From NCBI GenBank assembly GCA_039803205.1, contig JBDRYB010000001.1, positions 235,413 through 299,412 of the forward strand: a DNA stretch of 64,000 bases, in the 5' to 3' direction. The stretch is from a candidate division WOR-3 bacterium (GTDB lineage Bacteria > Hydrothermota > Hydrothermia > JBDRYB01). Below the pieces are notes generated by a model. The model had not been told where the DNA came from. It saw only the letters and a program-made list of their open reading frames with translations, and made no database searches. Of this stretch, positions 8,823-17,127 are shown in pieces. The translations under genes were made by a program, and so were the position numbers. How positions within the stretch are numbered: position 1 is the stretch's first letter; each line of letters begins with the position of its first letter.

Positions 8823-10340
8823 TTATCTCACAATCTTCAAGGTTTTCGTGCCTCCCCTATACTGGAGGACTACCAGATAAACGCCCCTTGCCTCTGTTTT
8901 GGGGATAAAGGTATGGCCGCCTTGGCTCAGGACTCCTTCATACAGGGCTTGAACGAACCTTCCCTGCGCGTCATAGAGCGAAAGGGATACCTGATCTGAC
9001 CTTGGCACGAAGAGGTAAAGACCCCTGCCCGCGGCCCTGAACTCAAGATCTCTTTCAAACCCTTCCTCGGCCTCGTAAAGTGGGCCACAACCAGAAGCGT
9101 TCCCAGGGTCATCAATGGCGAAAACCGTATAGCCCTGAGCATCGGGGACCTGCGTTCCCGTTATTATCTCTATGCATCCGTCCCCATCTATGTCTCCGGC
9201 GAACGGGGAGTGAACATCGTGGGCAAGCGTTATTTGCCAGGCTACGGTTCCATTCTCAGCGTTCAGACAATAGAGGATGTCGTCCTGCCACTGAGAGACC
9301 AGATACTCGAACTTCCCGTCTCCATCCACATCAGCGAGTGCACCCGGGGTGTGAATCTCGTATCCCGGCGCAATGGACCACTTCTGGGTTCCGTCTGAAC
9401 CTCTAAGGCAATAGACGCTGTTGTCAAAACTAGCTATAAAAACCTCCATCTGACCATCAGCGTCCACATCAGCTAATGAGGGAGAGGAGCGCACCTCCCT
9501 TCCCGCGGTAAAGGACCACTTCTGGGTTCCGTCTGAGCCCGCCAGGCAATAGACCTTGTTGTCCTGACTGCCTATTACTACCTCCATTTGGCCATCAGCA
9601 TCAACATCGGCTACCGCAGGAGAAGAGAGCAGGCTACTTCCCGTCATGAAGGCCCACTTCTGGGTTCCGGTTGAACCAGCGAGGCAATAGACCTTGCAGT
9701 CACGACTGCCTACGAGGGCCTCAACTTGGCCATCGCCGTCCACATCAGCTATTGCGGGAGAAGAATACACCCAGCTCCCAGTTATGAAGGCCCACTTCTG
9801 GGTTCCGTCTGAACCAGCGAGGCAATAAAGCTTGCCATCATTACTGCCCACGACTACCTCCGGCTGGCCATCGCCGTCAAGATCAGCTATTGCGGGGGAG
9901 GAATACACCTCGTCTCCCGTCGTGAAGGCCCACTTCTGGGTTCCGTCTGAACCAGCAAGGCAATAGACCTTGTGGTCATAACTGCCTATGACTACCTCAA
10001 TCTGGCCATCGGCGTCAACATCAGCTACAGCAGGAGAGGACTGCACATTGCTCCCCGTAATGAAGGCCCACTTCTGGGTTCCGTCTGAACCAGCAAGGCA
10101 ATAGACCTTGTGGTCATAACTGCCTATGACTACCTCAATCTGGCCATCGCCGTCAACATCAGCAATAGCGGAGTACTGCCATTCAACGATACCCCCCGCA
10201 AAACGCCACTTTATCGTTGGGGTAGTTATAGCGCCCCTCATGAGCTGGACGGATTTGTGGGTTGGCTCGCCGCCCCACATGGGCCAGGTTCCGAAAACCT
10301 GGGCTATACATACTGTCAGTATAGAACCTATCATAGCCAT
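8823..10340 (-). CDS. FG-GAP/PQQ-like repeat protein (DxDxDG Ca-binding loops) with T9SS-like CTD
   Basis: 46-aa repeats SSPA(I/V)ADVDxDGQxEVVIGSxDxKVYCLAGSDGTQKW; CTD LYDAQGRFV...GVYLV...KIVR. Confidence 0.85.
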   Translation of the reverse strand: MAMIGSILTVCIAQVFGTWPMWGGEPTHKSVQLMRGAITTPTIKWRFAGGIVEWQYSAIADVDGDGQIEVVIGSYDHKVYCLAGSDGTQKWAFITGSNVQSSPAVADVDADGQIEVVIGSYDHKVYCLAGSDGTQKWAFTTGDEVYSSPAIADLDGDGQPEVVVGSNDGKLYCLAGSDGTQKWAFITGSWVYSSPAIADVDGDGQVEALVGSRDCKVYCLAGSTGTQKWAFMTGSSLLSSPAVADVDADGQMEVVIGSQDNKVYCLAGSDGTQKWSFTAGREVRSSPSLADVDADGQMEVFIASFDNSVYCLRGSDGTQKWSIAPGYEIHTPGALADVDGDGKFEYLVSQWQDDILYCLNAENGTVAWQITLAHDVHSPFAGDIDGDGCIEIITGTQVPDAQGYTVFAIDDPGNASGCGPLYEAEEGFERDLEFRAAGRGLYLFVPRSDQVSLSLYDAQGRFVQALYEGVLSQGGHTFIPKTEARGVYLVVLQYRGGTKTLKIVR

Positions 10341-10362
10341 GCCTAAACCTCCGTCTTTACTT

Positions 10363-11829
10363 TCATCTTATTGCTACCTTCCCTCTTGAGTTCCCAGCCA
10401 TCCACACATATACCCCCTTTTTGAGGGGAACAAAGTTCTCCCCTTTCTTTAAGTTTCCGGTATAAACAGCCTGACCGATAACAGAGTATATCTTAAGCTC
10501 GGTATCCAGAGAGGAGATGAATAAAACACCATTCGGACTAGGGTGGCATAAGATCTTGATTTGATCAATGCCTTCGTTCTCTTCAAACTTAAGGGGCTCG
10601 CATAGATCTACAGGGGTAATAGATGGAGATGAAACCTCAAGTACCGGGTAGACCACAGGCAGATTTGGTATACCGGTGACAATAGAGGGATCGTATACAT
10701 CGATAGAAGGGGATTCCACAATCGCAGGAATAAATTGAGTGCATTCAGGATAGTTGCCATCCGGAGGAATGATTTGCACTTGAAAGTCCTGTGTGATAAC
10801 ATACTGTCCGCTCTGGTTTTGGAGCAAGGAGTTAACAGCTACCCAGGGTCTCGAGCACCAGATCAAGGAACCGTCGCTGGACAATTTAATTAGGCTAATG
10901 GTCCCTGAACCACCTATAACAAAGTTCCCGTCCCTGTCTTGGATTAGAGACCTTGCATCGTTTCTAGAATTGTCGGAATTATCGATTCTGCTTGCCCACA
11001 TCAGATTGCCGTCAGGAAAGAGTTTTAAGACCAGGGCATCATCGAAGTGATTGCCGTAAGGACTCTGTGCTCTGCCTGCAACTATGTAACTATTATCTGA
11101 GGCCTGAGCTATCGACTGGGCCCCGTTTGACAGTAGCATGCTAAAAATCCTTGCCCACTCGAGAGAGCCATCTGCTCGTATCTTTATAATCAAAGGGTCC
11201 TCTAAAAGATCGTCAGTGTAACCAGCTATAGCATATCCATCGTCCCGTGTTTCTATTATAGTATGTGCAAAATCGTTTCGATTAGCTATTCCGAAAGTCC
11301 TGGCCCACACCAATGAACCGTCAGTGTTCAGTTTAAAGACAAGGATATCACTAGTGTTAGGAGAAGTAAACATGCGGCCCGCAAATACATAACTGCCATC
11401 GGTCGCTTGGGTCGAAGAATAGACCTGATTAACTAAAGTGTCCCCAAAAATCCTCGCCCAAGCGAGCGAACCATCTGACTCTAGTTTGAGGACCAAGGCT
11501 TTGCTCTGGCCATTTCCAAAACCAGTATATCCAGATATCACATAGCTGTTGTCCACAGTGGATTGGAATACAGAAAATGCATATTGATCGTAGTTATCCA
11601 GATCGAAAACCCTATCCCATATTACAGAACCATCGGGCGCTAGCTTGAGGACCAAAATATCCAAGTCTCCGGCGATCACATTTTCAACATGCCCTGTAAG
11701 AACATAGTTGCCGTCATTGGATTGTATTATAGACCATGAAGAAAGAGGAGACAAGAAATTCCCGGTATATGCCTTTGCCCAAAGCCCTTGTCCAAAGAGC
11801 AAGCTCGTTGTGATATAAAGGCTCATCAT
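10363..11829 (-). CDS. Beta-propeller repeat protein with T9SS-like CTD
   Basis: VLKLxxDGSLxWARxF repeats; ends GVYVWMAGNSRGKVAIR. Confidence 0.85.
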   Translation of the reverse strand: MMSLYITTSLLFGQGLWAKAYTGNFLSPLSSWSIIQSNDGNYVLTGHVENVIAGDLDILVLKLAPDGSVIWDRVFDLDNYDQYAFSVFQSTVDNSYVISGYTGFGNGQSKALVLKLESDGSLAWARIFGDTLVNQVYSSTQATDGSYVFAGRMFTSPNTSDILVFKLNTDGSLVWARTFGIANRNDFAHTIIETRDDGYAIAGYTDDLLEDPLIIKIRADGSLEWARIFSMLLSNGAQSIAQASDNSYIVAGRAQSPYGNHFDDALVLKLFPDGNLMWASRIDNSDNSRNDARSLIQDRDGNFVIGGSGTISLIKLSSDGSLIWCSRPWVAVNSLLQNQSGQYVITQDFQVQIIPPDGNYPECTQFIPAIVESPSIDVYDPSIVTGIPNLPVVYPVLEVSSPSITPVDLCEPLKFEENEGIDQIKILCHPSPNGVLFISSLDTELKIYSVIGQAVYTGNLKKGENFVPLKKGVYVWMAGNSRGKVAIR

Positions 11830-11832
11830 GGT

Positions 11833-11985
11833 TTAAACCTCCGTTTTGGTTTCTCAAAAATAAGAACGCGCCGGCCCCAGCGAATTCCGGGAGGTGCAAG
11901 GCGCCGGGGCCGGCCCTGGGTTTTCATCTCACAACAGCCTTTCCTTTGAATTGGCCAGCCTGCCAGAAGTAGACCCCTGGCTCAA
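11833..11985. repeat. Array module copy C: CTD 3' end + GC hairpin + spacer + RBS of next gene
   Basis: Arms 11870-11881/11903-11914; matches copy A. Confidence 0.95.
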
Positions 11986-13435
11986 GTTGGATCTTGTTCT
12001 GGCCAGGCATAAGGGTCTTGGAGAGAACGAGTCGCCCATCAGAACAGTATATTCTAAGATCCAGCTCGCCGGATACGGAGAATACCAAGCCACCGAGCAC
12101 GGACGAACCGAAGGGTGTTGAGCCGGGGTATTGATCAGACTCCTCCACATTCTCGTAGACCGGCGCGCATATGTCGTAAGGCAAATAACCCTGCGGCAAT
12201 ATGGACATACTGCCCATAGGCAAGCTTGGAGAAATGGAGGTAGGGGTCCAGCTCAAATTGGTCTGAACGGGAGATGGGTTTCCGTAGATGGGAGACCAGC
12301 TCTGAACGCACGAGGGATACGAGCCGTTCTCAGCGACGCGCATATAGAATATGTCATCTGAACCCAAAAAGCCATAGGAATCTGTTGTCCCACCAACGAA
12401 ATAACCTCCCTCAGGGAACCTGAATCCCCCTATGGCGTTTTCAAACCCAGCTCCACCGAAACAAATTGCCCATTCAGGGTTTCCGTTATTGTCAACCTTC
12501 ATGGCAAAGGCGTCATCCCCACCTGCCCCGGCGCTAGCGGTCCTGCCAAAGAGAACACAACCACCATCAGGGGTCCCAGAAACTTCCCATGCGATCTCCA
12601 AGCTATTGCCCCCGTAGTTCCTGGCCCAGACGAGGTTTCCTGACTCATCGATCTTGAGAAGGAGTATGTCCCCATTTGCCCCATAACTCAAGGTGAAACC
12701 GGCCACAAAGAATCCGCCCTGGGCCTGAACGATGGCTTCAGCTTCATCGTAGCCGCCTCCCCCATAAGCCCTTGCCCAGATGATGTTTCCGGAACCATCG
12801 CACTTGACAACCAGAAGATCAGCGCTTCCTGAGCCAGCGCTTGTGGTATACCCAGCTAACACATAGTTCCCATCAGCGCTTTTGCAGGCTGAGAAGAGCT
12901 CGTCCTCACCTGAACCCCCGAACCTCTTGGCCCAGAGCATCTGATCTCCCAGCTTGTTGATCTTGACGAGAAGCGCATCCGGATTGCCAACATCTTGACA
13001 GAATCCCGAGATCACGAAGCTCGTATCGCTTCCCTCAATGAGCTCCACCCCTGAGGTAGCTATATCGGTTCCAGATAAGCCGAAAACATTGGCAAAGCCT
13101 ATGTAATCGCCTGAGGAGCTCAATCTCAAACACCAAGCGTTAGAACCGCTCTCTCCCACCAGGAGATATGTGCCGTCTGATACAGGTATGGCATCCCAAA
13201 AGTAGTCATACAAGAAGGGCGCGCGCCCAAACGATTTGGCCCAGACGATCTGTCCGTCCGGAGAGATCTTGGCCGCTATGGCCTCGTAGGAGCCAGCGCC
13301 CTGGTTGAAGCCACCTCCAGAGATAATAGCCGCCCCATCAAGGGTTAGCCTCGCCGATACTAGCCCCTCGTCGCTGTTTGTTCCAAAATGCCTGGAGAAA
13401 AGAGGGGCAGAAAGAGTAACCAGGAAGACAATCAT
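11924..13435 (-). CDS. Beta-propeller repeat protein with T9SS-like CTD (first gene of the array)
   Basis: Same repeat family; ATG at 13435 follows GGAGGTG. Confidence 0.85.
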   Translation of the reverse strand: MIVFLVTLSAPLFSRHFGTNSDEGLVSARLTLDGAAIISGGGFNQGAGSYEAIAAKISPDGQIVWAKSFGRAPFLYDYFWDAIPVSDGTYLLVGESGSNAWCLRLSSSGDYIGFANVFGLSGTDIATSGVELIEGSDTSFVISGFCQDVGNPDALLVKINKLGDQMLWAKRFGGSGEDELFSACKSADGNYVLAGYTTSAGSGSADLLVVKCDGSGNIIWARAYGGGGYDEAEAIVQAQGGFFVAGFTLSYGANGDILLLKIDESGNLVWARNYGGNSLEIAWEVSGTPDGGCVLFGRTASAGAGGDDAFAMKVDNNGNPEWAICFGGAGFENAIGGFRFPEGGYFVGGTTDSYGFLGSDDIFYMRVAENGSYPSCVQSWSPIYGNPSPVQTNLSWTPTSISPSLPMGSMSILPQGYLPYDICAPVYENVEESDQYPGSTPFGSSVLGGLVFSVSGELDLRIYCSDGRLVLSKTLMPGQNKIQLEPGVYFWQAGQFKGKAVVR

Positions 13436-13437
13436 TA

Positions 13438-13470
13438 TCAGCACCTCCGGTTAGCTCGTAATTATAACAG
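13438..13470 (-). promoter_or_regulatory. Putative array promoter (-10 TATAAT) and strong RBS
   Basis: Minus strand TGTTATAATTACGAGCTAACCGGAGGTGCTGATAATG. Confidence 0.6.
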
Positions 13471-13487
13471 CCGAGCTTACAATCAGC

Positions 13488-15062
13488 TTACAATCTCGCG
13501 CTCTCCTCCGCGCACATTTCTCTCAATCTCCTATAATATTGCCTGTATTCGTCAATATACGGGTCGTAGGGAAACTCTGGCAATAGATCGTCCCTGCTCA
13601 GCTCTCTTGCCCTCTCGAAAAGCTTGACCCTCTCTGATTCGTCCCTAGCGGCTGAGAACAGGCGGACTACCTCCTCAAGTTCCTCGAGGTCAGTCCTCAC
13701 ATCCTGGAGGTAATAGAAATCCCCCCTTTTTGCTATGATGTCTCTGGAGAGAGCCTTGCGAATGGAATTGATCGTCACATAAAGATTCACCCTTCCCCTT
13801 TTGTCGTAGTTTCTCTTTGGCCAAAGCAAATGAAAGAGGTGATCCGCCGGGATCCTGTGTTTGGGGTTGAGCAGTAGGTAAACCAAAGCTAACAGAGAAC
13901 TTCTGCGCCCCAGGCTTTGGAGAGGCATCTCTTTCCCATCAAGCCATACCTTGAAACTCCCTATGAGCTGGGCTTTCAGCCCTTTCATCTCCGCGGAGTT
14001 GTTGTTCTTATTGAGGGTATCCACAACCACGCATATGTCCTTCAGGAGCGGGTCCTTCCTTATATTGGGATGGAGCTGGATCAGGGGCCCGGATAATCTG
14101 ACGAGCTTGGTGAAAACAGGGCTATCCTCCCTCCAGGCAATTACTGCACCGGTAAGGGCACAAAATAACGCTTCCGTGTTTTGATATATTGAGAGATACA
14201 ACCTCGCGGCTTCTAGGAGCCTCTCAGCTGAGTCGCCCCCGTTGTTGAGGAGCGCCTCTGATTCCATTATAGCTGGCAGAGTGTTTTGTTCTCTCGGGGT
14301 ATTGAGGATTGTTCGCCTAATAATGTTCGGGTTTGAAAGGGATAGTCCCGAGAGCCTAGTTATCTCTAGGGCTTTAGAGAGCGGGTAAATCGCATACGAG
14401 GAGTTGCGGTCCAACGCGCAAACGCAGGATTCTTCAAGCATCCTCAAGGACTTGGATAGGTTACCCGAAATCCTGTAGCTAAGCCCCATCATCTCCATAA
14501 CCCCAATCCTATCAGGGTGTTGCCCGAACGATTCCATGGCCTCACGGAATATCTCAAGCGCCCTCTTGGTGTCACCGATCATGGTCTCATAGATTCCGAG
14601 GTAAAACTTGAGGCGCCGGCTCATGGCCCCGAGGTCTCTGGTAGAATATACGGACGCCACATCGTAGAATGATTTGTAATCCATCTTCATGAAGTCAATC
14701 ACTGCCATATCCAGGATACTGGCATCAACGATCCTCTGGTTCCCGATCGCTTCTCCTATCTCCTTAGATCTCAGAAAGTATGTTTTGGCTATATCAAGTT
14801 CGGCGAGGTATCTGTATGCGGTGCCGAGGGTCCTGAAGAGAAACTCGGCCAGCTCTGGCTCATCGTTGACCTTGGTCAAAAGCCTAACGGCCTTCTTGAT
14901 TGCGGAAACGGGACGAAACCCATAAGTCTCCAGCCTCGCCTCAAAGACCCTGTAAGCCAGGGGGTCCTTGTTCCTCATTTCCTCAAGGAACCTCTCAAAC
15001 GCACTCGTATCGCCTGAGGAATTAAGCCTAAGAGCCTCTCTTATGAGCTCAATGGACCTCAT
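13488..15062 (-). CDS. TPR-like N-terminus + SARP-type (wHTH/truncated BTAD) transcriptional regulator
   Basis: LIGSFKVWLDG...LVYLLLN...LLWP...NLYVTINSIRKAL...DLLPE pattern; helical N-terminal repeats. Confidence 0.75.
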   Translation of the reverse strand: MRSIELIREALRLNSSGDTSAFERFLEEMRNKDPLAYRVFEARLETYGFRPVSAIKKAVRLLTKVNDEPELAEFLFRTLGTAYRYLAELDIAKTYFLRSKEIGEAIGNQRIVDASILDMAVIDFMKMDYKSFYDVASVYSTRDLGAMSRRLKFYLGIYETMIGDTKRALEIFREAMESFGQHPDRIGVMEMMGLSYRISGNLSKSLRMLEESCVCALDRNSSYAIYPLSKALEITRLSGLSLSNPNIIRRTILNTPREQNTLPAIMESEALLNNGGDSAERLLEAARLYLSIYQNTEALFCALTGAVIAWREDSPVFTKLVRLSGPLIQLHPNIRKDPLLKDICVVVDTLNKNNNSAEMKGLKAQLIGSFKVWLDGKEMPLQSLGRRSSLLALVYLLLNPKHRIPADHLFHLLWPKRNYDKRGRVNLYVTINSIRKALSRDIIAKRGDFYYLQDVRTDLEELEEVVRLFSAARDESERVKLFERARELSRDDLLPEFPYDPYIDEYRQYYRRLREMCAEESARL

Positions 15063-15263
15063 AGTCTTAGAACTCGCGAGACCTCAACTCGGTCACGGGG
15101 AAAATTTTAAGGCACTCCTTTAGGCTCACTCACCCTATCCATATCCCGTGAGCTCAATAAAGGCGCGGATCCGTCGAGCGCATCCCGCCTCTCGGCCCCG
15201 CGCGATAACTTTTGCTGATATAACGCAAGGGTTTATAATTTGCCTCGTGTTGAGGAGGAAATA

Positions 15264-15911
15264 ATGGCCAAGAAGGAAAAAGGGAAGCCTGAAGGAGCAG
15301 AGGCCCCTTCGGCACCAGTGAAGCTGACTCCGGTTGACATAAGGAGGGCCACTTTTGGCTCTGCTCTGGGAGGTTTCAAGAAGGCAGAGGTTCAGGCCTT
15401 TCTTGAGAGGGTGGCAAAGGCCATGGAGGAAGTCCTGCGGGACAAGAGAACCCTTGAGGAACAGATGGGCGAGCTCCGGGCCCAACTCATGATAGTGGAC
15501 GAGCTCAAGGCCGAAAGGGACAAGATGGACGAGCAGATGTTCCTTTTGAGCAGCGAGATAGAGGCATACAAGAAGGAGCTGGAAAAGCTGAGAGCCGGAG
15601 GCGCTGGTCCGGAAACAGAGGCCTTGAAGCAGGAGAACGAGATACTTCGCCAGGAATGTGAATCCCTGAGGGCGCAGATTGAGACGCTCTCAGCGGCCGA
15701 CCCCGGCGAGATTGAGGCCCTCAGAGCCGAGATAAAAAACCTAAAGGCTCAGCTAGAAGAGGCGAGGTCCGCAGCTGGAGGGCCTGCAGAGGTCATTGGT
15801 CTAGCCAAGAGAGTGGCAGAGCAGATAAAGGCAAATGCCAAAGAGGAGGCCAGACAGGCCCTCATGAACGCCATGAAGAGGATAGAGGATCTCCTTCAGG
15901 AGCTTGGGTAG
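15264..15911 (+). CDS. DivIVA-domain coiled-coil protein
   Basis: LTPVDIRRATFGSALGGFKKAEVQAFLERVA then coiled coil; GAGGAGG before the ATG at 15264. Confidence 0.85.
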   Translation: MAKKEKGKPEGAEAPSAPVKLTPVDIRRATFGSALGGFKKAEVQAFLERVAKAMEEVLRDKRTLEEQMGELRAQLMIVDELKAERDKMDEQMFLLSSEIEAYKKELEKLRAGGAGPETEALKQENEILRQECESLRAQIETLSAADPGEIEALRAEIKNLKAQLEEARSAAGGPAEVIGLAKRVAEQIKANAKEEARQALMNAMKRIEDLLQELG

Positions 15912-15964
15912 ATCGTGTCTTTGGATCATGGCGAGCGAAGTGAAAAGAGGGAAGAGGGAACCTA

Positions 15965-16393
15965 ATGGGCACATATCCTTTCACGAAAAGAAGGTTCGCG
16001 AGGGCGCTCGCTGTGGAAATCATCTATAGGTTTTACCTCCTTGGTGAACCTCACGAGGACTCCCTCAGGGATGTGATCGCTCGCGAGGACCCGGATACTG
16101 ATGAGCGCGATCTTTTGGAGAGAATAGTGGAAACCCACAGGCTCAGATGCGAGGAAATAGCGACTCGCGTCTCCCGGGCCTGTCCTGGCTGGAAACCTGA
16201 GAGGATGCTCTTCCTTGATAGGGCAATAATAGAAGCCGCAGTGGCAGAAATGATGACAGGCCAGACCCCTCCAAAGGTGGCCATCTCCGAGGCAATAGAG
16301 ATAGCCAAATCCCTTTCCACAGAGCGTTCGCCCGGTTTCGTGAACGGTGTCCTGGATGGCATCCTCAAGGATATGAGCGCGACTGAAGGATGA
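15965..16393 (+). CDS. nusB: Transcription antitermination factor NusB
   Basis: RRFARALAVEIIY, WKPERMLFLDRAII, VAISEAIEIAK, FVNGVLD. Confidence 0.9.
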   Translation: MGTYPFTKRRFARALAVEIIYRFYLLGEPHEDSLRDVIAREDPDTDERDLLERIVETHRLRCEEIATRVSRACPGWKPERMLFLDRAIIEAAVAEMMTGQTPPKVAISEAIEIAKSLSTERSPGFVNGVLDGILKDMSATEG

Positions 16394-17127
16394 AAGTAGC
16401 AATAATTTCAGACGCCCACGGTAATCTTGAAGCAACAGAGGCCGTGCTGGCTGATATAGAGAAGAATGCTAATCCCGACGAGATATGGTTTCTCGGGGAT
16501 TCTGTGGGATACGGCCCACAGCCATCTGAGGTCCTTTCCCTCATACGAGAGAATGCCAGTATCATTCTCAGGGGGAACCACGACACTGCCCTTTTTGACC
16601 CCCAATCCTTTGATGACCTCAATCCGAGGGCACGGGTCGCTCTTGAGTGGACAAAGGAGAGGATAGGGGAGCAGGATGTGGACTTCCTCAGGAAGCTACC
16701 CGTGTTCAGGGAGGACGAGGAGAACCGGGTTCTCTTGTGTCATGCCTCACCGCATGAACCCTCTGAGTGGCACTACATATTCACCGACGAGGACGCTGAG
16801 AGGGCGTTCTCCGCGACCGAAAGCCCCATAATAATAACCGGCCACAGCCACCTTCCCCTTTGCTTCACGAGAAAGAAGGGCATAACAAGCCAGGTCCACG
16901 GCCCGGAAGCGCTTTCGCTCAACCCTGATGCGAGATACCTTCTAAACCCTGGTTCTGTTGGCCAGCCAAGGGACGGCGACCCAAGAGCCTCATACGCGGT
17001 TCTTGATACCGAGGCTGGGAGGTTCTCGGTTCGGAGGGTTGAGTATGATCTCAGGGCTGTGGCCAAAAAGATAGCGGACTCCGGACTGCCTTTATTTCTG
17101 GCGGAAAGGCTCTTTGTCGGGTTGTAA
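16390..17127 (+). CDS. Metallophosphoesterase family protein
   Basis: SDAHGN, GDSVGYG, GNHD, GHSH, NPGSVGQPRDGDPRA. Confidence 0.9.
   Translation: MKVAIISDAHGNLEATEAVLADIEKNANPDEIWFLGDSVGYGPQPSEVLSLIRENASIILRGNHDTALFDPQSFDDLNPRARVALEWTKERIGEQDVDFLRKLPVFREDEENRVLLCHASPHEPSEWHYIFTDEDAERAFSATESPIIITGHSHLPLCFTRKKGITSQVHGPEALSLNPDARYLLNPGSVGQPRDGDPRASYAVLDTEAGRFSVRRVEYDLRAVAKKIADSGLPLFLAERLFVGL

Noticed and set aside
4665..10170. CRISPR-like periodic repeats
   Set aside because: Periods are in-frame protein repeats (138 and ~156 bp) inside ORFs; no cas genes
4082..11914. Integron attC sites
   Set aside because: No RYYYAAC/GTTRRRY core boxes and no integrase; conservation extends into coding sequence
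4082..11985. Diversity-generating retroelement (shared 3' gene ends + hairpin)
   Set aside because: Differences between copies are synonymous rather than adenine-specific and diversifying; no reverse transcriptase or template repeat in the window
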